Assembly: GCA_028534125.1 (NCBI GenBank)
Contig: CM052832.1
Location: 19,594,001-19,658,000 of the forward strand
DNA: 64,000 nucleotides
Origin: Lama glama
Lineage: Eukaryota
Direction: 5' to 3'
Below the pieces are notes generated by a model. It did not search any database. It was not told where the DNA came from and worked only from the letters and a program-made list of their open reading frames with translations. The position numbers and the translations under genes were made by a program. Shown here one piece after another: positions 1-13,000 of the stretch; within the stretch, counting starts at the first letter, position 1, and the number at the start of each line of letters is the position of its first letter.

Positions 1-612
1 AGAGTAGGGGGAGACATGTAACCATCTTCTGCTTATGCAGCCTTTAACAGAGTTGCTGGGCTGCTGACATGGTGTCTTTCATGTCAAACAATTTTATTTC
101 TGAGCTTTTCACAGTGTGTCCTAAGTAGCTTCTATTAGCATTGTCCTGTCCGTTTCCTTGGCAACAGAGCTGGTCAATTTAGACACCATTTAAGAGCTGT
201 GGAAAAAGCAACAGCCAGCAGAGTGATGGGCAAAATTACAGAGAATAAACCACATACAATCCTCGCTGGAGGTGATGCATTTTCTTCCAGGGCCCATTTT
301 ATTTTAATTAAAATCAAAAAGCTCTTTTAAACAGGGCCCTAGATTAAGCACAGGCCAGAGTCATCTACTGTACAACCATTGCAGCTGCATTCCTTAATGT
401 TATCTCTTTAACCTTAATGGATTGCTTGCACTTTTTCAAATAAACAAAGAGGGAAAACCTAGGGGCAATATAGTAGCATATTGTTATCCATCTTTAGGAT
501 GAATATAGAATATAGAATATAGAATGGAGAGAGACAACTCTTTTCAAATGTGGAGTCATGTTTAAGTGGAGCACAAGATTCTTCAGATGTCCATACAGTG
601 ATTCCAATTTAT

Positions 613-853
613 CTTTTTTTTTGTAACATTTTTTATTGATTTATAATCATTTTACAATGTCATGTCAAATTCCAGTGTTCAGCACAATTTTTCAGTCATT
701 CATGGACATATACACACTCATTGTCACATTTTTTTCTCTGTGATTTATCATAACATTTTGTGTATATTTCCCTGTGCTATACAGTGTAATCTTGTTTATC
801 TATTCTACAATTTTGAAATCCCAGTCTATCCCTTCCCACCCTCTACCCCCCCC
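613..853 (-). mobile_element. Lineage-specific LINE-1 3' end (3' UTR with poly-A tail read as a T tract), runs into gap
   Basis: T-rich tail at 613-640, then a typical L1 3' UTR (ccctgtgctatacag...cttgtttatctattct...cccttcccaccctctacccccccc). Clearly homologous to 22879-23150 in this window. Resembles camelid L1 3' UTR from memory. Confidence 0.85.
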
Positions 854-953
854 NNNNNNNNNNNNNNNNNNNNNNNNNNNNNNNNNNNNNNNNNNNNNNN
901 NNNNNNNNNNNNNNNNNNNNNNNNNNNNNNNNNNNNNNNNNNNNNNNNNNNNN
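854..953. other. Assembly gap (100 N)
   Basis: Run of N. Confidence 1.
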
Positions 954-2471
954 TCACTTTGAACATGGAATCAGTTAGAACACTGAAAATTTTTAGAACT
1001 AAGTTTTATGTTGGTAGTTGGTTTGCACTTACCGTTGCATTCACAGATTTTTTGTATATAGGATAGGATGGAACATAATTTGAGGTAGAGGAGATATTTT
1101 CTCCCAATATAGGATATGTTAAAAACTCCTTGTCCTCTGGGATGGAAAGTAAGTTAATTTATATACTGTGTATATTTGCAAATAAGACAAGAAGATCGAT
1201 TACTTCTTTAGGGACTTGAAATTGGCTTCAGTATCATTTTCACTTTGAGAAAGTTGGACAGGGAGCTTGTCTTTATGAATAGGGCATTTTTGATACTACC
1301 GTCTGTACTGTGTTGAATGCGCTGGAATACCCCTGGGGTTTGCATCTTTTATCCTTTTAAATTAGTAACATCTAAATGGAATCCTATAAGTCAGTGGTTT
1401 CCTATTCATAGAAAGTATCAAGGCAGAGACATGAAGCTTGTTGTTGGAGATATCTAAAGTCGGATTCATGTCCCAGTAGAATGCTCAATTTGATGACTTT
1501 TAAAATCCATTCTTACACTGATATTTCATGATCCTATCCCTGAAGATGGACAAAACATATGTTCCCCGAAGTAGGTCAGGAATTTTAGTGGGAGAAAATG
1601 ACCCCTGTACTTTGTTTTCCCAGTTATCTGGGAAAATGCTTCACCTCTTTCTGTAGGGCTCCTCTGTTTTCTGGGGAGAAAAATACAGAAATATTCATTT
1701 CCAAGCCTTTTGAATTTTCCCTCTTACCTTCAACAAGTATAATAAATGACTCTGTGTCCATGAAAATTCTTGACCAAATGTTACAAGGATCATAAAGTTC
1801 CTCAGGTTTCTCTGCGTTCTTTTGTTGTTGTTTTTTCACTCAAGAAGAATCAGCCTGAATCACGTTTCCTGTTAAAAGGGTTACTGGAGCCTCAAAACCA
1901 TCCCAATCAGGATCTCCATGGCTAGATAACAAAGATGCCAATTAGTGCTGGTTGTAGAGTGGAAGAGCAGGGCCCACCAGTCATTTTCCCATATGGCACA
2001 CAAGAACAATTAGATACATAGGCTGACATTTCATCTTTGGTATTTACATAATGTATACTACGCTGATTGATAGGACAGAGGTACCTAGATGTGATAGACT
2101 GACAGAGGAGAAGGGCAGAAGCCATCCACCTTTTTCATTATGATGACTATTTTAACGAACAGACCAACTCATTTCTGCAGTCCATTAAATCATTTGACAG
2201 TATAAACATCTGGAGAATAGCCCTGGGAATTGGGTTTGTCAGGTGAGGGCTCTGGCTGTCAGGGAGGGGTTGTGGGATTCTTCTGGGGTTACTGCTTCTG
2301 GGGAGAACCAGGGGCTGTCCATCACAGGGACCCAGCTTTCTTGACACCAGGGCCTCAGGACGTGGAAAAGATTTGTGCTGCCAAGAAGGCCTCCAGCGGA
2401 GAGCACTTTTCTGTCCTTTTACATTCTTTCAGAATTCTTCTCTCCAATGTCAAGTCTCTCTTAGTTTCCTG

Positions 2472-2555
2472 AGCTCTGAACCTGCTTCACTGAATAACCT
2501 TGAGCAAATGACAACCTCTCCTAGTCCCCTGTTTTCTCATCTGTGAAATGAGGAT
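2472..2555 (+). mobile_element. MIR SINE fragment
   Basis: accttgagcaaatgacaacctctc...gttttctcatctgtgaaatgagga matches the MIR core. Confidence 0.75.
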
Positions 2556-2826
2556 CCTTTTGACTCCCAGTTCCCTCTCCCGGTGGAATAACTTTTTCTG
2601 AAAAGCATTTTGACCTCCATAGGGAAAGGTTCTATATAGCAACACAGAATTATATTTGATTCTGTACCACCCACAAGTTCAATTTGTGTGGTCCCAGCCT
2701 GACTCCATAAACAAGCTAAGCATCTCTCGGTGTGTGTAGGTAAGAACACCTGAGAGAGGAAGCCGTTCGAATTTCAAAGTTAGGAGTATTAGGTGCCATT
2801 TTTCTCATGCCGTTGTCCCAGTAAAA

Positions 2827-3025
2827 CAAGGTTTCTGGCTCTGGCACTATTGGTATTTGGGGATGAATAATTCTTTGCTGTGAGGAGCTATCCTGCACAT
2901 TATAGACTGTTAATGAGATACCAGTTTCACTCCTCCCTCCTTCCCTAAGTTACGACAAGCAAAAATGTCTTCAGACACTGTCAAATGTCCTCTGGGGTGC
3001 AAAATTGCCCAGTTGAGAAACCCTG
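2827..3025 (-). mobile_element. MER20 (hAT-Charlie non-autonomous DNA transposon)
   Basis: ggcactattggtatttggggatgaataattctttg...aaaaatgtcttcagacactgtcaaatgtcctctggggtgcaaaattgcccagttgagaaaccctg is the reverse complement of the MER20 consensus, with both termini present. Confidence 0.85.
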
Positions 3026-4325
3026 CTCTAAAACGTGCTTGAATAATCACCCCAGCAACCCAGGATGGGGGTTGTGCTTGAATCTGGCTTTGGCTGGTTG
3101 CTTATATAAACTAGCTAGTAGCTTCCAAGGTTTGAAACAAATCCAAGAAAGAAAAAAAAAAATCATCTAGTTACATGATAGTCTTCCAGCATTTCCCCCC
3201 CACTAGATTGCTGCTGCTTCTTAGTGATAAAACAGACAAGGGATGCTGGCCTCTGCACTCTGAGCTTTTCTTAGTTGAAGACTAGGGGAACTCTTAGGTC
3301 TAGTTGAAGTCTGTGGATTGAGAAACAGACACCCAGTCTTGCTGGATGAAATACAGTCACCTCTACTAATGATATTATATGTTTTCTTGGAAAAACTTCC
3401 TGCTTCACAATTGCAGCCCATTAGCTGGTTTTGTAGCTAACAAGCATACCCATTGATTCTTCGCATATCCAGGGTGTGATAGAAAAGCTTGCACTGTGCT
3501 GGCCTGGCATAGTCTATAAACATGATGTAACCACTGTAATTAAGTTATAAAACAATCAGGAAGGACCCTGATTGAAATAACTAAGAGATGAAATACTACA
3601 TCTACTATAGGAGGCCAAAGAACAGAAAGGTATTTGGAGATTGGTTAATTATTCTGTCTGCTGACTGCAAGTACTGAGCATATTTTTTGGAAAGCAAAAT
3701 TAAATGTTATTGGAAGAGGATCCTTTTTCTGAAAGAAGCCAAGTGTTTAGGATTTTAGAACTCCTCCTCGCCTTTTTTTTTTTTCTCAAAAAAAAAAAAA
3801 GCCACTGTCACAGACCTTTGTTCATTGAATGCTGTTTTCTGTTATATAATTTATCAGACATCTTACTTAACTGGAATTAACTGACAGCTTCACCTTTCCA
3901 GGAAGTGGATGTGAAATCAGGAGATTAAAAAAAAATTCTCTTGACAATTAGAAGAGGTTCTCCAAACCCTTTGCATTAAAGTTTATGTGTTAATTGATCA
4001 ATTAAATCATTAATTTTTCCACATCCCTTTCAACATACCCGTTCAACAATGATCAGCTCCTAGGGAAGAGGAAGATCAGATCTGGGAAGCAGGCTCCACA
4101 CTGTCTAGGCAGAGAGTCTGCAGTGTCAACAGCAGAAGTGTGATCTAGAGAGGAAGCAGGCATATTTTCTTGGTTCTTTGGACTCTGTGCCTATATGGGA
4201 AGGGGCACTGGTGGAAGACAGACAGAGTAAAGATCAAAGCCCAGAAGAGGGACACTTTTACTTACCTGTCTTAACAATCAACACAGCACAGAATCTGGTT
4301 GAAATGAGACAGGTGTAGTTGGCAT

Positions 4326-4410
4326 GAGTTAAATGCATTAACATAGACAAACCACTGAGAAGAGTATCTGGCACATGTAGGCACTCTATAGGTTTTAGCT
4401 ATCTCTACTG
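4326..4410 (+). mobile_element. MIR 3' fragment
   Basis: ttaaatgcattaacatagacaaaccactgagaagagtatctggcacatgtaggcactctata. Confidence 0.6.
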
Positions 4411-6269
4411 TTACTAGTGTTGGGAAAACCAACCCAAGTTTTGGCTCTTGGTATATTTTGGGTACACTTCAAAAAACAGAGATCACTTGAAAAAAGGGAA
4501 AGTTAAACAAAAATTTCTAGCACTGTTATCATTAAAGGGTTGTTCCCTTGCCATATATAGCATATAAATAGTGCTCTGAACTTCGAGGTTTGAGCTTACA
4601 GGTTTGGTGGCATTCTGAAGAATTTTTGAGGACTTAAGATCACACCTGTTGTCTGTCACGCCATGGCTCTGGATCAGTGCTTCTGTCAGTCAGTTCACGG
4701 TGGCCAGTACCTTACACTGGGCCTTGTTTTAACATATTACAAATATTCAGCTTGGTCAGGGGAAGACACTAATGACAATGTTGACAAAACTGTCTAAATT
4801 CACCAGCACTGCTGGAGAGACTGCTCAAAGTACATTCTTTAAGTGGTGGATCAGTTTTTAACCTTTAAAGATTGAATATGATTTTGACCATATAGCTCAG
4901 TTGTTTGGTCAGGTGCTTATTGATCTATTATTCAGACTTCACTTCCAGAGGAATGGTTGGCTTGCCTTTTTTTTCTTTAAATGTGTAATAAATTAAAAAA
5001 AATTCTTGCTATATGAGTTACTGATTTTATTATTCTAGGTAATCTGCTTTGGGAATCCTTTAAGAATATTGCTGGGCTAGCTACGTCAAAACACGGGTGA
5101 TAAATTGGCTTATAAAACTTTAAAAGTGATGTGGCCACTTTTTTCCTTCTTAATCACCTTTGTATCACTGAACTCCACGTGAATCCAGTGTGGGACTGAC
5201 TGTGGATTTCTCTGAGTTAACAAATCAAGGTGTCAAGTCAGCCTCGTTTATTACTTCTGAATGCCAGCAATTCTGTCCAAAGTCCGAAAATAGCAAGGGG
5301 CTCCAGAATGAATCATCTCAGTTCATTTTAGGCTTTCAGTTTCCACTGAGTAATTTTTACAATTCAGTTCATCTAGTTGGGGAGAAGTCTAGCCAGTGGG
5401 GTTGTGACAAATCAGGGTCAGAAACTTGATCATGAAAAAGAGGACTTGGAAAAATCAAACTTTTTAATTTTAGGAATAAGGTCTGCTTTCATTGCTGGGA
5501 AAAATGTGTTGCCATTCACACAGTAAGAGGTTGGGTGCAAGACCAAGAGAGAGTGGCCCATAGTTAAAAGCTGCAGGGTTTATTTTATGCCATGTTGATG
5601 CATCCCATGTTATCAGAATTAGTTCTCTAGAAAGATAATTGTACAGCAGCATAAAATGCATTCAAAACGTGAACATATTCTTCTTTTAAAATAATAAGGT
5701 CATTTGGTAGGGAAACACTTGTTTTTTTTTTTTCTCCTGTCCTTGATTTCATTCTTCTTTAAACTGGTACTGCCTTTCTCCTTCCTCATTAATAAATCTC
5801 TTTGTTTTCTATAGAGGAGAATAAATAAACTATTCCTTTTTCCTCACAGAAGAGCCTACTGCTTATGTGTATGTTTTCTACTCACTCTCATTTGTGATGG
5901 ATTTGAGATTAGAAAGAACCCTACATTACTCTGTTCTGTCAATCAGCTGTTCTACAATCATGTAAAATATACAAGAGAATGGCCCTATATTTTTAACATC
6001 TCCATTTTATAGGAATATTGATAAAATGATCACTCTCAGTAGTTTCTTGAGAAAATAAGCCACTTTAAGAAATAACCTCATAGAATATGATTGTCTTGTG
6101 AGATTAAGATATTAAACTGAGACTCTTGACTCAGAATCAAGACTGACTCAGAAAAATATTTACTTCCCTTGATGCCCACCTTGAACACATGTCTACTTTA
6201 TTATCTAGTCCCTCAGCAGTTCTTTGCTTTTTGAAGGTGACAGCCATCTAAATTGAGAAATTATGCTGG

Positions 6270-6420
6270 CAGAATTTAGATCTTGGAAGACTCATAAGGA
6301 ATTATAAGTCCATTCCTTCATTTTATAGAAGAGGGATTTGATTCCAAAAGAAGTCAAATGTGCACAAGATTTCAGTACGACTTAGAGAAAACCCTGGGTT
6401 TGGAACTGGGGTTCAGGTCT
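6270..6420 (-). mobile_element. MIR/MIR3 fragment
   Basis: cttcattttatagaagagggatttgattccaaaagaagtcaaatgtgcacaag resembles the antisense MIR core. Confidence 0.5.
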
Positions 6421-7892
6421 GTGGTCTTTTCATGGCAACTTCAACCTTTCTGATTTGCCATTGGCTGCTAGTCCCCTTCCCAAGGACACTTTGATTAAAA
6501 TGGGTATTCCAGAGAACATATTGCTAGAAGCTGAAGAAATGACTAACGGCAAGAACATGAGAGACAGTAGCAGACTGGTGTGGGTGCTGTTTCAGGAAAG
6601 AACAGATAGGTTGGAGAACAGTCTTTTGGATGCCTTCCAATCCACATGCTTGGTGACAGAGAGATCTGCCTAACACCAAGGCTGGCCACGGGCGGGTGCT
6701 TCTTAGCCGTTGCCATTTGTCTCCAGTAAGCTTTGTGGGCTCTGTCCGCTCAGCTTTCTTCAAGTTAGATAATTACAATCTTTTTCTGGATTTCCAGTTA
6801 ATTAAAATTGAGGCAACATTTCTTTCCAAGTTTCCTTTGTTCCTCAAAGTGTTTTTAACTAAAAATATTCTTTGTAGAACATTTGAAAAAATACTAGAAG
6901 AGTTGAAAAGAAAAAGTCATCACTTACTTTGTGGTTGAAGCCAATCACTGTTAACACTTTGGTATTTTGCCTTTTTGTTTTGATCTCATTCCTTTTTCAA
7001 GGTAAAGATTAATGGTAATATTTTTCTTTTTCTGACAACTTTTTTTTCCCCTGAAAAGTAATATATGCCCTTTAAAGAAAAATTGAAGAATGCAGACAAC
7101 TATAAAGGAGAATGTGGTTCATTAATAAGCTTGCACCCAGAGCTAGCCTGAGTGACACATTTCTTTATAGCTTCTTAACCAAAAAAATCCATATTTCCCC
7201 GTTGCACTGCTTAATCATAAATTAATCAGTATAAAGCTAAAAGGAGTTATGATGTTTTTCACTTGGATGAGATGAAGACCTTTCAATTAGTTGCTAAAAT
7301 CTGTTTGAGTTTGAGGCAAAGTCAGATACAGGTGAGCTCTTGTTTCAAAAGAAGTCTTCAGTCCAGACTTTCTCCTATATTAGTTCACATTTTAAAGCCT
7401 ATGACGAAACATTCTGAACACAGCAGAGGTTCATTCTAAAATGTCAAGAATAATTGTAACTTCTTTCATCTAGGTCTTTCTTGTCCTTTTCAGAATAACT
7501 AGAAGATATGGCAAGCAGAATTTGTGGTCATAGGTGGGACTCTTTGTATATATAACATGAAGGGATCGCTTATTAAGAAGATGCTTATAGCTTGAGTGCC
7601 CTCTGAGGACTGTAGCCCATTACTGCTCTCTGTCTCCAAGTGAGCACACTCTATTGTTAATCCCAGAACACCAATGTCTTATGTGTTCCCTCATTGTTCC
7701 TCTGCCTGTCTCTGTTCCTTCTGAATAAGGGGACAAAATATGAGAACACATTCTCTAATGGGGACAGACTGATTGGCTCACTCTTCTCCAAATGCACCTT
7801 TTGCTGAGCTTGTGTCCCCAAACTGTGATTATACTTGTTTATCTAATGGAATCATTTACAGCCTTTAAAATATGGGAAACCCTTCCTGCTCA

Positions 7893-7913
7893 TGCACCCC
7901 ACAGGGGGCGCTC
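7893..7913 (+). promoter_or_regulatory. Candidate CTCF binding motif
   Basis: tgcaccccacAGGGGGCGCTc has the intact AGGGGGCGC core with its CpG retained in a CpG-depleted region; two mismatches at the 5' end versus CCASYAGRKGGCRS. Confidence 0.45.
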
Positions 7914-9682
7914 TTTCTCAGCTCCAGTGGCAATCGCTATCTGCTGTGTTTGGCCCTGATTTTTACCGGGGGAAATGAAGCTTAGGATATGTGGACATTG
8001 TTGCTACACCTGCCCCTTCTCCATGGAACATCATAGATCCTCCACATATTTTCCCCACATTCCTAAATTCTCAAAGACTGCACTGCAGTGGAGAGGAATC
8101 TCTATTCTCTTCCTACTCAGTACCATAGGGATGTCTGCAAAATTTAACCCAACTCAGTGACAGTCAAAATTCCCCTTCCTCTACAAATAACTATCTGGTT
8201 GCATCTTTCAGGCCACAGAAATGAAGAGATGCTCATCAGAGAGACCCCTGGTTGGGCACAGCCCGATATGTCTCCCTTGGATGGGATGTCATAGGCTTTC
8301 AACTTGTTTCTGAGTTAGGGGAAAGAGTGAGTCCTCTCTGAATCACGCTAGGGTAATAATAACCTGTCCCAAGTGTTCTGATTGAGGAGTGTATGGACTC
8401 AGTGGGGGCAATCCATCATCTTCAAAATGTGTATCTTTTCCCATCATCTCCCTGACAGCCCCACTTCCTCTACTGAGTTGACTTTCTCTTTTCTCTGGTA
8501 AAGAAAAAAGACACTGTGGTCAAGTGTCAGTGACAGACGAAGTGAAGGGCAATGTTTTCTGACATTTGCTGCCAGGGTCACCAGACAAGTGACTTAGTTT
8601 AAGTCAACAGTGAATATTCCCTTATTGCTAAGAAAGGATTGATGGGTCCTAGTACATTTGACATGTACTGCCTTTGACACATGTCTCTTCTCCCCAAAAG
8701 TCAGTAACATGAACAGCCCTGGATTTGGATGGTTGACTTTCAGCTGATCTTGCATTTCACTCAATATGCTTTTTTCAAGTCTTATTTATTTACCTATTTC
8801 TCCATCTATTTTTAAATCCACTGCTGGATTTATATAAATTGACCCCTAAAATTAAAGTGTGGTAAACACATGGGGATGATCTGAGTGCCTTACTGTTTCC
8901 TTAGTAAATGATGTTGAAACAGGAGCCTTAATTTCTAGTTTCATAGAACTGCAAATTCATTGCTCAGGCCCTCTGTGATCTGACTCCCCTAACTTGTAAA
9001 TCAAACAGATGATGCTTGAAGAATTTATCAAGTGGAATAAACCTTGACTTCTGTGAGTTTTTCCCTGTCACCTGTGACCTATGTTGCACTGGGGACCAGC
9101 TAAGTAAAACCAGCTCCTGGCTCTGTTCATAGGTGTTTCATTTAACTGTGTTTTGTATTTTCTAGACACAATTCTAGACCCGTCACTTTGATTTCTTTAG
9201 GTTTATTTCAGTTATGTGTTGAATTGTAAATCTCTGTTTTTATAACAGAGCAAGGGCAGGGGAAGTATCCACACAACACGTGCTGAGATATGCTGTTAGT
9301 ATATTGCCAAGTGTCTGAGGACGTACAAACAGATTAATATTTAGGATCACAGAGAACTAGCCAGAGAGATGAGCAAAGTTGAGTGTTTTTGATCCATCTG
9401 AAATGGACCATCTGATGAAGTGGATAATCTGTTTAATGTAGATGCTGAGAAGCTCTCTTGCATTCAACTTCACCTTTCCTGAAGACAGTGCATAAGATGG
9501 TCATCTCCTCTTTAAAAAATAAACTCTAAATATTAGTAACTCTGATCTGTGTGACTAATCCAAGGATATTTTAAAAGAAAGTCCACTGATTATTACAGTC
9601 AAGGGTCCTGATACAGGTGATCGTTATCCCTATTTATAGCAGAGATGAACACTGTTGAATTTTGTGGGCTTTTAAAAATAAA

Positions 9683-10035
9683 ACAGCTTTATTAATATAT
9701 ATTTCAAATACCATAAAATTCACCCAATTTAAGTGTACAGTTCAATGGCTTTTAGTATATTTGTAGAGTATTCATCCATCAGCACAGTCAATTTTAGAAC
9801 ATTTGCATCACCCTGAAAAGAAACCCTGTACCCATTAGCAGGTGCTCCTCATTCTCCCCATTCTGCTTCCCAGCCCCTGGCAACACTAGTCTGCTTTCTA
9901 TCTCTATGGATTTGTCTATTCTGGACATTTTAAGTTAATGCAATCATATAGTATGTGATCTTTCGTGACTTCTTTCATGTGGTGTAATGCTTTCAAGATT
10001 CACCTGTTTTGTAGCATGTATTTCAATCTTTTATT
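9683..10035 (-). mobile_element. Old L1 (L1MB-like) 3' end
   Basis: cagctttattaatatat...ccataaaattcacccaatttaagtgtacagttcaatggcttttagtatattt...cagcccctggcaacactagtctgctttctatctctatggatttgtctattctggacattt. Confidence 0.85.
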
Positions 10036-13000
10036 TAATCTTCACTGGATCATCTTGAATATTCACATTAGATTTTTAGTTTCAGACATTCTCACATTAA
10101 TAATTCTGTCTGTATTATCCTTCTCCAGGATTTTTTTTAGCTCTTTTAAAAAATGTTTGAAAACATTATTTATCTTGAAAAATTTGAAAACAAGACTAAA
10201 CAAATCAAACTGATCCCAGAATTATCCTTAGATATTTATTTACTCCAAAGATAATAATTAAAAATTTTTGTAGATTTATTCCCCGTTGTCATTTTTCTTT
10301 TGCATTTCTACATATTCTTTTTAAGGCTGAAATTTGAATTAGAAACATTGAACTTCCCAGAGGAGTGTTCCTATGCTTTGGTTACTTTAGAAGCTTCATT
10401 GGTTTAGGTAAAATTGAATAGTTTTCCAAATTTGGGTAGGTTAGTTATCTCAACAGAACAGACTCCCTGAACCATTTAAAATCTCCTCATTTGGAAGCTT
10501 TGGGGGGGCTTTCTTTTCAAAGGAAGAAAAAAGACCATAAGCATAATTTGGAGAGTTTGGAGATGAGAATAATTTTCTCTTCTAGTGGCATATCTTTTTT
10601 TGTGCATTTTCTGACTTCATCCCTCACCTGAAGGATGGCCGGTGCATGAAGGACATGATAACCTTGATGACCTCAGACCTTGCAGAAAGGCCTAAATTGT
10701 TTGGGTGTATTGGTCCACTTAACAGTTTTGGAAAACTGTTATGTAATTTTCAACACTGTGATTAAATGACTGTAGATAACAAATAACCAACACACTAATG
10801 CTGGTGGTTTATAGAACAAATGCAATCTGTTTATTTGTGGTTGCATCCACTTTTATCTGTGTCCTTCCCAGGTACCTCGTGAGATAAATAATGAATAGGT
10901 AGAACTTTCTAGAAGAGAATGAAGGCTCTTTAGCTAGAGCCACACCTGATCACAGCTAAATCTAAAATTAGACCTGTGAAGAGCAGGCCGAGTAAATGGA
11001 AATCATGAAAACAGAAAGGAAAAATTCTGATCATCAAGCCATGTAAGCTCAAAAGGGGCTTTCTTTGAGCTTATTGCAGAATGTAGAACTGTAATTACAA
11101 TAAGGATCCAACATATTAAGGCCAGTTCTTAATTACATTATCATTAAAAAAGTAATTAATAGAAATATATGCACATTGTGCAAGTCATCTTGTATGTAGT
11201 GATTTGTAGGACCATTTAATTCATAGCGAGCCAGAGTTCATGGATCCACAGAAGGCTAAATTGTATTGCTTGATATAAAATCTAATTGGGCAGTTTTAAA
11301 GTTTATGACCTCCAGCAAAATATGCTTCTAGGAAATGAGAGTGGAGTGTTCTGTTACTCACAGTTCATTTCATAGGATACCAGTATATTCTCCATATATT
11401 TATACTGACTTTCCTTCCTATGTTACCCTTCTTTTCCTTTGTTACAGAATACAGAAAGAATAAATTAATCATTGCCATTGTTTTTTGAATTCTACAATTA
11501 GCAGTTAGGTTTAGTATAAGGTGTATACAACGAATGGATAGCATTTCTGGTATAAAGTCTTAGAAGTGTCAATTGTATTTATTTTGGAACCAAAGGATTT
11601 GTACAGTGGACAGTATTTTTCCCCCGTATTATTATCATACCAAAGACTTTTGACATTAATTAAGATATGCAGATTTTATTTATTGTCTTCTTGGTCCTAC
11701 ATTTAAGAAAGGAGCTATAATTGGAATCTTGGACTAAAGAGGAATGCTGACTGAAGGTTTGGTCTTGGCGCATGTTTTATTTTGTTATACATCAGTGACC
11801 TTTGCAAAAATATTCTCCTGGCAGTAACAACATTAAATCTCAAGCAGCATATGATGCAATTTGTGTCAACTGCCTCACTCTAGATGCTGTGCTAAGACAA
11901 CATTGCCCTAAGTGCTTTGAGCAATCATCCTTAACTAGAAAGGCTATGCTAACCATACTGTAAAATGAGGTGGTTCAAAATGAGTAGGCTGGAATAAGAG
12001 ATGATTTAGTTCTGTGATCCAGTTGGAACCTAGGGTATATTCAAAGTCAGCTGTGGACTGCTGGATGTTGTTAGAAGCATGCAGCTTGCTAGGTTAAACT
12101 TAAAGTCATATTTTCACAAATAAGCCTGCTGGGAGTAGGCCACCATTAGTGGCTTGGTGATGCTACAAATGGCTTTTCAATTGAGAGTCACTTCTGTGCT
12201 GTTTCCAAAATACTGTGAAAAGGTATAAAGAGCAGGAAGAGATGGGTGACTTTTATTCCATTTAAAAAGTATTATACCATGTAAGACAGTTTCGGAAGTT
12301 TGCTTTGAAGCACCACCAGTTTGTAGGCTTCTGAGAGGACAGGGGCTGCCTTTCTCCTCTCATCATAACTGTGAGGACAGCCTTCTGGAATTTGCTAGTG
12401 ATTGAATTGATATTTGGTTCCTGTACTATTTTTTTTGCATGTATATTCTGACTCTATGATATATTTTTGAATGTCCTTTCTTTATCTATATTGTATTAGG
12501 TGCTAATGGGATGGGGGGAGAAATTTAAAAATAAAAGCCAGGGTCATTGTCCTCAGGAAGCTTATAATGTGGTTCTCTTAGTCAAGAAACACTGAGGCCC
12601 AATGTCTTCAAGTTATCCTGGATTTTTTTTCTTACCTGGTATATAGGTGTTTACCCCAAACCGTAGTGGGTGGAAGAGAAAAGGCAAATTAGGAGTCCAG
12701 AGTTTGCTATCAAGGTGGAATAAAGGACAGAACCCGTCTCCTTACTTTCTGTCATCTGCTACCATAAGTTCTGGGTGACTTTATGAAAATAATGGTTATT
12801 GTTGTAGTGCCTACAAAGTAATGTGTGAATGGATTAATCAGAAACACTTTTATAGCTGTGGCAGTTTGATGTTTCTTGGTGTTACACAGGAATTGTCAAC
12901 ATTTTCATGTTTCTGCCAAATATCGTTGTTGGGGGAGGATTAATTTCTAGCTTGGATGCCAGTTAGCGAGTTATTCTTTCTACCAAAGTGGATGAAATAT

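Noticed and set aside
671..684. ccagtgttcag resembling miR-199
   Set aside because: Lies inside an L1 3' UTR, with no hairpin or full mature sequence.
662..1066. Long ORFs spanning N runs (also 22924-23817 and 63047-63723)
   Set aside because: Artefacts of translating through assembly gaps.
6455..6673. 72-aa ORF with protein-like composition (MGIPENILLEAEE...)
   Set aside because: No recognised homology and no convincing splice or promoter context; the length is within chance expectation.
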